Under the pieces are notes generated by a model that saw nothing but the letters and a program-made list of their open reading frames with translations, searched no databases and was not told the origin of the DNA. Both the position numbers and the translations under genes were made by a program. From an uncultured bacterium (GTDB lineage: Bacteria > Patescibacteriota > JACMRA01), in the NCBI GenBank assembly GCA_963704645.1, contig OY969926.1:992001-1056000 (forward strand): 64,000 bases of DNA, given 5' to 3'. Positions 41,718 to 51,123 of this stretch are shown here, one piece after another (position 1 is the stretch's first letter; every line of letters begins with the position of its first letter).

Positions 41718-42731
41718 CTAAAAAGTTACTATTTCTCCTACTTCCATCATATTTCTAAGTTGATGATGTAAACTTAAATCTGTTTGTTTGTCATTTACTG
41801 CGTCAAAGTAACCGCCAATAATTCTGGAAGCTAGAACTGATGGAAATTGTTGATAGAAAAGTGCTTTTTTTTCTGGATTTAACTTTGAAACAGTTAGCTG
41901 TAGAAACTCTTTAGCTAAATCTGGTCTTTCGGCTTGGGTAAAAGTTCTATGGTAGAAATAGGCAATATCGTAAAAATCTGGTTTTAGGGAAGCATGTTCA
42001 CCGTCTATTAAGTAAAGCTGACCTGTAGTAGTTTCCAAAATATGCCAAGGTACAAAATCAGCATGATTAATACAAAATTTCCAGCTGCCAATATTGTCTT
42101 TTATTATATTTAATTGATATTCTAAAGATACTCCAATTAAACTTTCTTGTTGAAGCCAAGATTCAATTTTTGCCAGCAAAATTTCTTGCCCATTACCAAT
42201 AAGTGTTCTATTTTCAGATAATTTATATATTCCCTGCCCTTGTTTAGGTAAAGTTAAGAAGGATGAATTTTGCAATTCTGAACAAAACCTAGCTATTTCG
42301 GGTAGGTATTTTTGTAGGTTGTGAACTTTAGGATTAAGCTTATTTTTATCACATTTTGTAGCCAGAGGCTTACCTTCCACAAACTCTGAAATATAGTAAG
42401 AAAGGTCTTTAAGCTTGCCAGTGTTAATAATTTTTGGGGCTTTCAATTTTAATTCTGGTAGCTTGGAATTAATAAAAGAATTCCAATTGGTTTCATTTTC
42501 CAGTCTCTGACTAATGGCATCTGTGCTGGCCATTTTAAAAAATCTTACTTCGCCTTCATACTCAACCTTTCCAGTAATATTTCGCCATAATTGATTTAAT
42601 TCAATGGGTTTAATACCTATTTCTTGAAGGCTTGATGATACTTTTTGAATGTCCAGTTGCTCTTTTTCCCTGTAATTGCTTCCATCTTCATTAGTAAAAG
42701 CACTAGAATTTTTAGATTGTTCTTGGTTCAT
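41718..42731 (-). CDS. Aminoglycoside phosphotransferase/choline kinase-like protein
   Basis: FFKMA, HADFVPWHI, YLIDGE and YDIAY. Confidence 0.8.
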   Translation of the reverse strand: MNQEQSKNSSAFTNEDGSNYREKEQLDIQKVSSSLQEIGIKPIELNQLWRNITGKVEYEGEVRFFKMASTDAISQRLENETNWNSFINSKLPELKLKAPKIINTGKLKDLSYYISEFVEGKPLATKCDKNKLNPKVHNLQKYLPEIARFCSELQNSSFLTLPKQGQGIYKLSENRTLIGNGQEILLAKIESWLQQESLIGVSLEYQLNIIKDNIGSWKFCINHADFVPWHILETTTGQLYLIDGEHASLKPDFYDIAYFYHRTFTQAERPDLAKEFLQLTVSKLNPEKKALFYQQFPSVLASRIIGGYFDAVNDKQTDLSLHHQLRNMMEVGEIVTF

Positions 42732-42752
42732 AACTTAAAATTTCCTACTAGA

Positions 42753-43529
42753 TTATCCCCTATAAGCGTTATAAGCCACAAAGCTTAAATTTCTTTCGGC
42801 TACAACTCCAGAATTTAACTGGCGAATTGTTCCGCTGGCTGCATTTCTTGGGTTGGCAAAAACTGCTTCTGGGCCGGTACTTCCCATTTTACCAACTTTT
42901 TGGCCAGCACTAATTTCCTTGTTTAATTGATCAAAATCTTGCTTAGACAAAAAAACTTCTCCCCTAACCTCCAGTTTGCCTTTATATTCAATTTGCTTAG
43001 GTACAAATTTAATTTGTTTAACATTTTCGGTTACCAGCTCGCCTATAAAACCATCACCACGCGTAGCCGCTGAAACCAAGATTCCATTTTCGTAGTGTAA
43101 AGAAATTGCTAGACCGTCTAGTTTTGGCTCGCAGACATAGATTTGGTTGTTATATTCGAATAGGTTTTCATTAGAATTTCCTGAGTCTAATTCTTTAGGA
43201 TTTACCGAAGTTTCCCCTTGTTGTTTTTGAAGATAATCTTTCCATCTCTGGTCCCAATCTTTTAATTCCTGCAAATCAAAAATGTCGTTTAAAGATAGCA
43301 TTCTTTTTGTATGAGTAAATTTTTCAAAACCTTTAGAAACTCCTCCACTTATGGTGTAATTTGGGCTATTTGGGGAAATTTTAGTTGGATTATTTACTTC
43401 GTATAAAGTAATTTGGTGTTTTAAGTCATCCAAAACTTCTTCCGAAATTTCTTCTACATTAAACAAATGAACTTGATTTCTTAAACGATTAACCTCGGCT
43501 ACTAAAGCTAAATATTCTGTATGGTTCAT
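42753..43529 (-). CDS. ligA: NAD-dependent DNA ligase, N-terminal part only (258 aa)
   Basis: MLSLND, EPKLDGLAISLHY, ATRGDG, EVRGEV and FANPRNAASG; the ORF stops at LSFVAYNAYRG. Confidence 0.85.
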   Translation of the reverse strand: MNHTEYLALVAEVNRLRNQVHLFNVEEISEEVLDDLKHQITLYEVNNPTKISPNSPNYTISGGVSKGFEKFTHTKRMLSLNDIFDLQELKDWDQRWKDYLQKQQGETSVNPKELDSGNSNENLFEYNNQIYVCEPKLDGLAISLHYENGILVSAATRGDGFIGELVTENVKQIKFVPKQIEYKGKLEVRGEVFLSKQDFDQLNKEISAGQKVGKMGSTGPEAVFANPRNAASGTIRQLNSGVVAERNLSFVAYNAYRG

Positions 43530-43570
43530 ATAATAACGGCTTGACTTTTTTCCCAAAGTGCCAAATTAGT

Positions 43571-44185
43571 ATGATTGTGTCAAGACAAAATACCTTTAAG
43601 TCAAAAATAATTACCTGGCAATTTATGACTAGGTTCATGCTTAGTATAATTACTTTATATGTTGGAATTGCTATTGGTTTTGCAACTTTAGCCCCCTATA
43701 ACTACACAAGGAAAAACCAGAATTTTTTGCTTTCTGGGTCTACAGTGTTAATGCAACCAGCTATGGAAGTTCTAGCTGATGGGAAAGTAACTCATTTTTA
43801 TGATTACAAAAACTTACCTTTAAACGAGGTTCCCGCCATTGAGCCTGCCCAGGTTATTTCTTCTAAAGAACAATTTAGAAATTTTAACGGCGAAGTTCAG
43901 TCTCACTTTATAAATGCTTTAGCAAGCCTTGGCCAAGTAAGAGAATCGGCTATAGTAGAACCAATTAATTATTCTGGGAATTGGTCTTTAGCTTTTTGCC
44001 AAACAGTTTCAAACAGTTCCAATACAGTTTGCCAGGTTTCTAAGATAAAATATTCTGGTCCAGTTAAAATTTTAGTTGATGGAACTAGCTATATTTGGGG
44101 TTTAACTGAAAACGGAGAGTGGATAGAGCTAAAAATTGTTGAATATATAGACAGGTCAGAACGAAGAGATTTGTTGTTTATTTAG
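43571..44185 (+). CDS. Membrane-anchored hypothetical protein
   Basis: N-terminal TM segment; ATG 43571 is preferred over the TTG start, which overlaps a TTGACT promoter hexamer. Confidence 0.65.
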   Translation: MIVSRQNTFKSKIITWQFMTRFMLSIITLYVGIAIGFATLAPYNYTRKNQNFLLSGSTVLMQPAMEVLADGKVTHFYDYKNLPLNEVPAIEPAQVISSKEQFRNFNGEVQSHFINALASLGQVRESAIVEPINYSGNWSLAFCQTVSNSSNTVCQVSKIKYSGPVKILVDGTSYIWGLTENGEWIELKIVEYIDRSERRDLLFI

Positions 44186-44500
44186 AAAAGCTTATTTCCC
44201 TGAGTAAGTTAGGACAAGGTAAAGGTGTAATTAAATAATCATGATAAAACCAAAACCCCCAATAAAGGGAGCTAAGTTTGGTTAGAAGTATAGCACAATT
44301 AGAGTAAACCGTGGCTGAAAGTACCCCTGGTAAGTAAACTGGCGCAGGTTGAACTTGTTTCAACCGACATGTTTGCCCGAAGGGGTCAAGCCAAAGGCTT
44401 GGGGGTAGCGCCGCAAGGTTTGAGGGTAGTTTTGGAATGCGGGATTAAGACTTTATGTATTTGATTTTGTTTTTCTCTATTTCCTTGTCACACCCCAAGT

Positions 44501-44610
44501 GGGAGGCGACAAGCATCTCCCCTACTTGGTGTTGTTGAGTTAAAGTATTCCCATACTAAAGTCCACTCCCCATCCCCTTCCCCCTGGGAGATGACAAGCA
44601 TCTCCCCTAC
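44501..44610 (-). repeat. Two tandem GTAG-type REPs
   Basis: GTAG-GGGAGATG-CTTGT-CGCCTCCC (44501-44525) and GTAG-GGGAGATG-CTTGT-CATCTCCC (44586-44610). Confidence 0.8.
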
Positions 44611-44639
44611 ATAGTGTTGTGGAGTTCAATTATTAACCC

Positions 44640-46358
44640 CTACAACCCACTTCCTCCAATAGAAGTAACTCCAATAGAACCAGCTTTGAAATCATAGTTG
44701 GAATAGATTAGATAGTTCTTTGTAGTGTTTGTAGTTGTATTTGTTGTTATTGCAGTTATTTCAAAGTCTACATTAAATAATAGTTGATTTGCTTTAAGAA
44801 GGTTTCCTGTACATCCTGTAGTATTATTGTATGTAGAGTTTGTTGTTAATGTTCTGTAGCTTGTATCTGTTCTGAATTTGTATTTTATGGAACATGTTGT
44901 AGTAAATCCAGATTGTTCTAATCTTGTATCTTTTAGAGTTAGTATTAGGTTATCTGAGTTTGTAGAACCAGAAGCTCCATATCTTTTGGCTAGGGCTTGG
45001 GTTGGGCTGTAGGTTAGAGCTGTTTCGAATAGGGCACATGGGTCTGTGATGGAACATTCTACTTCTAGAAGTGAAGTGAAGTTAACTGTTAAAGAGCTAG
45101 CTGTTCCTGATGTTTTAGCTCCTGATGCTGTTAGAGTCCCCGTGGTGCCAACCTGTTGTCCGTTGGTAAGTCCACTGGTTGGTGCTTGCATGGAGTAAGA
45201 GATGTAGCCGTGGCCTCTGGTTGTGTCTAGGGTGTCAAAACCTTTAAGACTTCCAGAGTTATTTGCTGGTGTAGAGTTCCAACCAATAGTTGAATCACAC
45301 TCAGCTTGAGTAGTTGCAACACCATTGTTGTTTGTATTTGTATAGCCAACAGGGCTAACAATTATTCCACCTCCAGAACTTAAACATCGATTATAGTCAA
45401 AATATCTTTTACCTAAGGAATCAAAACCTTTTAAACTGCCTGAATCAATGGCTGGTATAGAATTCCAACCAATACTGCCATCACATTGAGCCTGAGTAGT
45501 TGCAGCACCACTATTATCTGTATTGGTGTAATTAAGTAATTGAACAATATTTCCAGTACTTCCTGCATACGTAGCTTGGCATCGTAAAAAGTCGGCATAT
45601 CTTTTACCTACTGTATCTATCCCTTTGTAACTACCACTATTAAGGGAAGGTATGGAACTCCAACCAATGGTTGCGTCACACTCAGCTTGAGTAGTTGCAA
45701 CGCCGTTGTTGTTTGTATTTGTAAAAGGTAATGGGCTAATTGTGTTACCACCACTTCCTGTAAGCAAAGTACATCTAATGAAGTCTAGATACCTCTTCTT
45801 CCCCAACTCCAAATTAGAAGAAGTAAGAGTATTGTCTGCAGCATATCCAAAGTATCCAGCACCTGGTGCTACAGAAAGGTTCTGTCCTGTAAATACATTA
45901 TTGTTTAGTGTTACTGGAGTAGCGTCTACATAACTATTTGTTACTGCTCCTACTCTTGTGAAGTTGGCTGGCATACTATCTGTAATGTTAGCTGCTGTTA
46001 CAGATGCTGTAGTTGTATTATTATAATAGTTTCTTACATTAACTAATTCTCCTGGAGCAATATCTAAACTTCTATATAATTGTCCGTTCTTTTCATACAT
46101 TTTTACAAAACATACTCCTGCTGTATTTGTTCCTCCATTAGATGTATAAGTTGCACAGTCTGAGGGGTTAAAAGCAGTTGCTGCTGTATTTGCTGCTTTG
46201 GCTGTATCAGAATCTTGTTTTAATAGGTTATATGTAAATAATCCTGAGATAAGAAGTACAGAAAGTGCTAATACTGAGACTAAAGAATATTTACCTTTTT
46301 TTGATTGGAAGAAGGAATTTAGATTAGTGTCTTTTTTCAAAGATTTTTTTTGGTTCAT
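44640..46358 (-). CDS. Membrane-anchored T/N/G-rich surface protein with three internal Cys-paired repeats
   Basis: N-terminal TM segment; DUF11-like PGELVNVRNYYNN...ITDSMP; three ~58-63-aa repeats KRY.D..RC...TNT.N.G.ATTQA.CD..IGW.S.P...SGS.KG.D. Confidence 0.8.
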   Translation of the reverse strand: MNQKKSLKKDTNLNSFFQSKKGKYSLVSVLALSVLLISGLFTYNLLKQDSDTAKAANTAATAFNPSDCATYTSNGGTNTAGVCFVKMYEKNGQLYRSLDIAPGELVNVRNYYNNTTTASVTAANITDSMPANFTRVGAVTNSYVDATPVTLNNNVFTGQNLSVAPGAGYFGYAADNTLTSSNLELGKKRYLDFIRCTLLTGSGGNTISPLPFTNTNNNGVATTQAECDATIGWSSIPSLNSGSYKGIDTVGKRYADFLRCQATYAGSTGNIVQLLNYTNTDNSGAATTQAQCDGSIGWNSIPAIDSGSLKGFDSLGKRYFDYNRCLSSGGGIIVSPVGYTNTNNNGVATTQAECDSTIGWNSTPANNSGSLKGFDTLDTTRGHGYISYSMQAPTSGLTNGQQVGTTGTLTASGAKTSGTASSLTVNFTSLLEVECSITDPCALFETALTYSPTQALAKRYGASGSTNSDNLILTLKDTRLEQSGFTTTCSIKYKFRTDTSYRTLTTNSTYNNTTGCTGNLLKANQLLFNVDFEITAITTNTTTNTTKNYLIYSNYDFKAGSIGVTSIGGSGL

Positions 46359-46481
46359 ATTTTGTTTTTGTTTTTTTAAATACACACAGAAGAGTATATT
46401 TTCTGCTTATGCTTGTTAGTGTATTTTGTTTTTTTGTTTTGGGCAAAAAGAACTGGATTACAGGTAAAAATTATTGATACA

Positions 46482-46918
46482 CTATCTAACTTTTGAAGGT
46501 TGCTCTATTCTTTTCTTCCAATAAATATAAAGTGTAGAAACTGCTAAGATCCCACCTAAAAAGTAGATTAATCTTAATGCCCACCAATAATTTGGATCTA
46601 TGTTTTCTCTAAAAACCAGGCCGTATGGGTGCCAATCACGCCCTAAATATTCCTGCGCTAAAAAGTTTTGTGGAATTTGAATTAAGCAGCCACCACTAAA
46701 ACCCTGAGAAGCCAAAACTAATGTAGTTAAAATTACTAAATCAAACTTCAACCAGCTATAAAAGCTATCAAACTTGTTTTGGAAAAATGTCTTAATTGGT
46801 AGAAATATTTCTAACGCAGAAAAAATACCAAGTGCTACTGGAAAAGCCCATATAATTGGTGTGTGTGTACTCTATCAATAAAGTTATTAATTTCTATTAC
46901 TTTGTTAGCATCTAACAT
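46482..46918 (-). pseudogene. Membrane-protein gene frameshifted at a (CA)5 tract
   Basis: ATG at 46918 with TTGACT ~30 nt upstream. Removing one dinucleotide from the (GT)5 run at 46859-46868 fuses it to ORF 46482..46751, giving 144 aa. Confidence 0.7.
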
Positions 46919-47013
46919 AAATTTATGGTAATTTTATTTTACGCTTAAAGTCAACGTTTTTCAAATAGTAATAAGAATCAACGAGCATCTAGTTTTGCAA
47001 TCTCTTAAGGTTT

Positions 47014-47040
47014 AGACCCTGAAACAAGTTCAAGGTGACA
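47014..47040. repeat. Second palindromic repeat family, copy 2
   Basis: AGACCCTGAAACAAGTTCAAGGTGACA. Confidence 0.65.
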
Positions 47041-47136
47041 GGCTTGCAAGGCTCTATGAGATTGTTTTGTAAATTCAGTGAGGCAGTTTATCACCGCATC
47101 TTAGTTTAAGTTCTAATTCAATAGAAAGTATTTACC

Positions 47137-48648
47137 CTAAAAACCTTTCCCAGAAATTAAATTACCTGCGTCGCGGAATGCAATTAAAACACCCAATCCT
47201 AACAATGCCAAGAAAGTTATACTAATTACAGTTCCTTCAAGTTTTTTGTTTCTCTTCCCCAAAATTTTATTCAAAGTAATAATTACCCATCGGCCACCGT
47301 CTAGTGCTGGTAAAGGAAGTAAATTGAAAGCTGCTAAAGCAACCGAAATTACAGCCATAATGTTCAATATTCCACTAATACCTTGAAGGTTAAAAATTTC
47401 AGAGCTAATACTGCTAATGGCTATTGGACCACCAACATAATTTAACGCAGTTTTATCGGCAGAAGTTGGTAGCAAAGCTACAAAAACATCACCTAGAACT
47501 TTAAAATTCAAGACGAAAATATTTTTAGTACTGTTAAAAGCCATGCTAATTGCACCTCCAATATCTTTAGCTTTATATTGAACAACATAACCGAAACCAT
47601 CACTTTGTACCCCAAACCTAGCTTGTCCATCTACAACTGCTAATTCAACTTTTTCAGTTTTAGTTTCGCCGGTTGCTTTTGCACGATACACAACTTCAAC
47701 TGGAGCATCTTTTTTGGATTGAACCAAGTTTCTAAATTCATCAAAAGATTGTAAATTGCTTAAATTTTGTCCTCCGAAGCTAATTAACTCATCACCTGGA
47801 CGAATTCCAGCTTTATAGGCAGGACCAGTTTTATCTAGTCTAAAAATTGTAATGTTTTCAGACTTTGAAGTTATATTAGCACTGTCTTGAATTTCTTTAA
47901 TTGAATCTGGCAATACTGTTGAAGGTGGGGTTGATAAGAACCCAAATAACATGAAAAATATTGTAAAAGCAGTTAATAAGTTAAAAGTTACACCACCTAA
48001 CAAAACTAAAGTTTGTTGCCACCAAGCCTTGTTCATAAAAGCTTCTTTAGAATCTAGTTTAGACTCATATTCCCAACTAGCCAAAGTTTCCACTTGTTTC
48101 AACATTTTTTCATACATTTCTGAAACTTGGTTCTTTTTATCTTCGAAAGATAAATCTGCGTTTAATAGTTCTTCTTTTTTGGTGAAAGCAAAACCAGTGT
48201 TAACAATTGTTTCGGCGGCTAAATCTAGTTTGTCACCTTTGTTTGCTGTAGACTCAAACCATTTCCATTTATCGTCATATTCAATGTTATTATCCTCTAA
48301 GAAAAATTCTAATTCTTGATTAGCTACAACTTCTTGAAATCTATCTTTAATATATTGTTTCTTAGCTTCTTCAGGATTAGTTTTAGAAGTTTCTTTGGCC
48401 TCATCAATTGCATCGTGATCACCGTAAATTCTGGCAAAACCACCCAATAAAACCCAGTTTAAAGACCAAATTATACCTTTCCATTTTCTATGCCAAAGCC
48501 TAGGTGGAATTCCTATTCCGTACTCTACAACTTTAATTCCGTTTAATCTGGCAATAATTAAATGCCCGAATTCGTGAATTGCAACCAACGGTAATAAAAT
48601 AACTACGAACCAAAAAACCAACGACAAAATTTGAATGATAATATCCAT
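47137..48648 (-). CDS. rseP: Site-2 (M50) intramembrane metalloprotease with a PDZ domain
   Basis: HEFGH, GGFARI, GPAYKAGIRPGD (PDZ) and NLLPLPALDGG; large charged insertion. Confidence 0.9.
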   Translation of the reverse strand: MDIIIQILSLVFWFVVILLPLVAIHEFGHLIIARLNGIKVVEYGIGIPPRLWHRKWKGIIWSLNWVLLGGFARIYGDHDAIDEAKETSKTNPEEAKKQYIKDRFQEVVANQELEFFLEDNNIEYDDKWKWFESTANKGDKLDLAAETIVNTGFAFTKKEELLNADLSFEDKKNQVSEMYEKMLKQVETLASWEYESKLDSKEAFMNKAWWQQTLVLLGGVTFNLLTAFTIFFMLFGFLSTPPSTVLPDSIKEIQDSANITSKSENITIFRLDKTGPAYKAGIRPGDELISFGGQNLSNLQSFDEFRNLVQSKKDAPVEVVYRAKATGETKTEKVELAVVDGQARFGVQSDGFGYVVQYKAKDIGGAISMAFNSTKNIFVLNFKVLGDVFVALLPTSADKTALNYVGGPIAISSISSEIFNLQGISGILNIMAVISVALAAFNLLPLPALDGGRWVIITLNKILGKRNKKLEGTVISITFLALLGLGVLIAFRDAGNLISGKGF

Positions 48649-48722
48649 AATACTAATGCATGAAACCCCAGCCAGTACCTATTGTCAAGAAATAGTTTGT
48701 AACTTAAATTGTAATAATTAAC

Positions 48723-49034
48723 ATGTACTTTTCCTGGACAAATTTTTTAATTGGATTAATTGGAGTTGCTGGTGGCATTTCCATAACTATTAACGCCTAT
48801 CATATTAACCATCACATATGGTATTTTACGTGGGCTGAAAGACATTTGGGCGGCGGAATGGGTACAATAGCTTATAAATGGATTGGCGTTGTTTTCAGTA
48901 TTTTTTCTGCTTTGGTAATGTTTGGGCAAATTAATATTTCAGGACAAAGCACAGCCTTAGGAGGAGTTACAACCAATGTTCCCGGTCAAACTACTACAAT
49001 TCCCGGTTCAGGTAGTGTGCAGATTGCACCTTAG
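48723..49034 (+). CDS. Small membrane protein
   Basis: Two TM segments flanking WAERHLGGG. Confidence 0.7.
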   Translation: MYFSWTNFLIGLIGVAGGISITINAYHINHHIWYFTWAERHLGGGMGTIAYKWIGVVFSIFSALVMFGQINISGQSTALGGVTTNVPGQTTTIPGSGSVQIAP

Positions 49035-49156
49035 TTTGAAAGGTGTTAGTTACAAAAAAAATTAACACCGTTTAAATTAGAGGATTCTTATAAAGATATG
49101 TGTAAGAACTATTTAAAATTGAGTGCTATGAACTATTTCAATTAGTGCTTCCAAAA

Positions 49157-49786
49157 TTAACCCTCCTCAATTAAAACCAAATTAGTAAATATTCCCAAAA
49201 CTACCATAAATATCAAAATTCTTTCAGCAACTGGGGCTAAACTTCCGGAAAAAGGATAGGAAACTAAGCATAAAATATACAACACAGCCACACAAATTTT
49301 TATACTTTTATTTATTTGTTTTTTATTATTAAAGAATACAAACAGAGACAAAAATACTGCCGTGGAACTAAATGAAAGATAAGCAAAAATTAGATGTAAA
49401 TAACCAATTATAGAAATATTATCTCCATATTGCGTTGGAAAAACGGCAATTAAAAAGTTGGTTGTAGCTGAAAATAAAATGAAGAACTGTAACCACTTTG
49501 AAATTTTAGAGCTTGAGTTGTTTGGAGCTATTTGCACTAATTTGAATAAAAAGTATTTAGAAACCGACAAACTAGCTAAACACAAAATAAATAATAGGTT
49601 AAAATTGCCCAAAGCAAAGTTACTAACAAACCCAGTTGAGAAAACAACGGAGGGGTCTAAAAAGTGAAGTAAAATTAGTAGAAAAACAAAAATTACCAGA
49701 AATGCGAAAGAGACATTTTTATAATTTTTAAAAGAGATTGCGTTAGCTTGATTCATAAGACTTATTAAACTTACTAAGTAAAACAC
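49157..49786 (-). CDS. Multi-pass membrane protein (DUF998-like)
   Basis: H.LDP...VSNFALG, AVFPT, LHLIFA and ER motifs; the start may be ATG 49756. Confidence 0.65.
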   Translation of the reverse strand: MFYLVSLISLMNQANAISFKNYKNVSFAFLVIFVFLLILLHFLDPSVVFSTGFVSNFALGNFNLLFILCLASLSVSKYFLFKLVQIAPNNSSSKISKWLQFFILFSATTNFLIAVFPTQYGDNISIIGYLHLIFAYLSFSSTAVFLSLFVFFNNKKQINKSIKICVAVLYILCLVSYPFSGSLAPVAERILIFMVVLGIFTNLVLIEEG

Positions 49787-49847
49787 GGCAAGCCAAGGTT
49801 ATTTCAATCAATAAAAAATCTGAGGTCTAGCCTCAGAAGAATTAAAA

Positions 49848-50318
49848 TTAAAATACAATTTCAAGAAATATCAAGAAATAAATTAACCAAACAACACATA
49901 TTATTGGATAAAATGCAATTGCAGGTAAATTATATGTTAGACATATAAATGTAATCAAAGTAAAAGCTATGCCAGCAAGTAACTTTAGTACCTCTTTGAG
50001 AGTTGGCAATTCAGTTAATAACCTAACACATAAAAGTACTATAGAAGTTAATCCGACGATAATTGGGATTACAAAAAACAATATTTTAACTGGGTTTAGA
50101 ATGCACAGAAATGTAAAAAATACCGAAATTCCAAAAAATACTAGAACAAAATTATTTGTTTCATCACCTAGGCCAGAAACCGAGATTACTCCAACAATAA
50201 GGACTGTTGTTAAAATCAGAGAAACTAGCACTACCAATGAAAAATCTTTCAATTCTGCGATAGCATTCCCAATTTTTAGATAAGTATCGAAGTCCATCAC
50301 CGGTGAATAAGGATTCAT
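49848..50318 (-). CDS. Very hydrophobic orphan membrane protein
   Basis: GAGAG SD, TTGACC promoter and hairpin CTGAGG-TCTAG-CCTCAG downstream. Confidence 0.6.
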   Translation of the reverse strand: MNPYSPVMDFDTYLKIGNAIAELKDFSLVVLVSLILTTVLIVGVISVSGLGDETNNFVLVFFGISVFFTFLCILNPVKILFFVIPIIVGLTSIVLLCVRLLTELPTLKEVLKLLAGIAFTLITFICLTYNLPAIAFYPIICVVWLIYFLIFLEIVF

Positions 50319-50436
50319 TACAATTCTCTCAAATTTAATACCTATTTAATAAGAGCACATAATTTTAAGTAGGTCAAAGCTGTTCAGCCATTCTCTACAT
50401 ATCTAATTTCTAAGATTCTTTGAGGGGTGATATACC

Positions 50437-51093
50437 CTATTCTAGCCCTTCTAAAAACTCAATAATTTTTGGGGTAATTGGGTAGTAATTTTTGGCGGCG
50501 AAGATATCTAAAGCTTCTTCTGAGGGAAACTGGGAGTTGGTAATTTCAAGCCCATTGTGAATAAAAAACCAATCGTAAGAACCACCTACTTTGTTTATTA
50601 CTTCTTGGCTGGCTATTCCATAACTAATTTTTTCTTCTGTTTGAAAATTTCCATTTGGCAAAGCAATTGCAAGCCCTTGAATAATCTGGATTCGCCTATT
50701 TTCTTGTCCATCCAATTTAGCCAAAACTGACACAGCCCGATTATAATTCTCTTCTCTTTGTTCTTCCCACATTTGTTTTGTATGAATAACCTTTTCATCG
50801 CCAAACATTACTTCCTTGCTTAAAGTTCCAGGCCAATTTAAAGCTTCAAAAATAAAACCTCTGTCTTGGGAAATAGTTGGTAAATTGTATGCTGCTGCAT
50901 AAGCTTTAGCTTTTAATAAAGCATCCCCACCAAAAGTTCCACTGTCTTCAGCAATATGACCAAGTTCTATTTTTGGAAGATCTTTTAGGGTAACTAAATT
51001 AAATTTTTCAGCAAGTCCAGGTGCCTGCCAAGCCAGTTTAAATAATCTAATTTTACTGCCGTTGGTGGTTGCAAAAAGTATAGTTGGATTCAT
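50437..51093 (-). CDS. Ham1/ITPase-like NTP pyrophosphatase (divergent)
   Basis: ILFATTNGSK, EDSGTF..ALLKA and QDRGF..EAL.WPG; lacks the C-terminal SHR motif. Confidence 0.75.
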   Translation of the reverse strand: MNPTILFATTNGSKIRLFKLAWQAPGLAEKFNLVTLKDLPKIELGHIAEDSGTFGGDALLKAKAYAAAYNLPTISQDRGFIFEALNWPGTLSKEVMFGDEKVIHTKQMWEEQREENYNRAVSVLAKLDGQENRRIQIIQGLAIALPNGNFQTEEKISYGIASQEVINKVGGSYDWFFIHNGLEITNSQFPSEEALDIFAAKNYYPITPKIIEFLEGLE

Positions 51094-51123
51094 ATTTATG
51101 TTGATTGATTGTTTCTAAATAAT

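Noticed and set aside
44178-44363. 61-aa minus-strand ORF or nuclease remnant
   Set aside because: No recognisable motif; it overlaps repeat hairpins.
45235-45800. Diversity-generating retroelement TR/VR pair
   Set aside because: No reverse transcriptase in the window, and the repeat differences are not adenine-specific.
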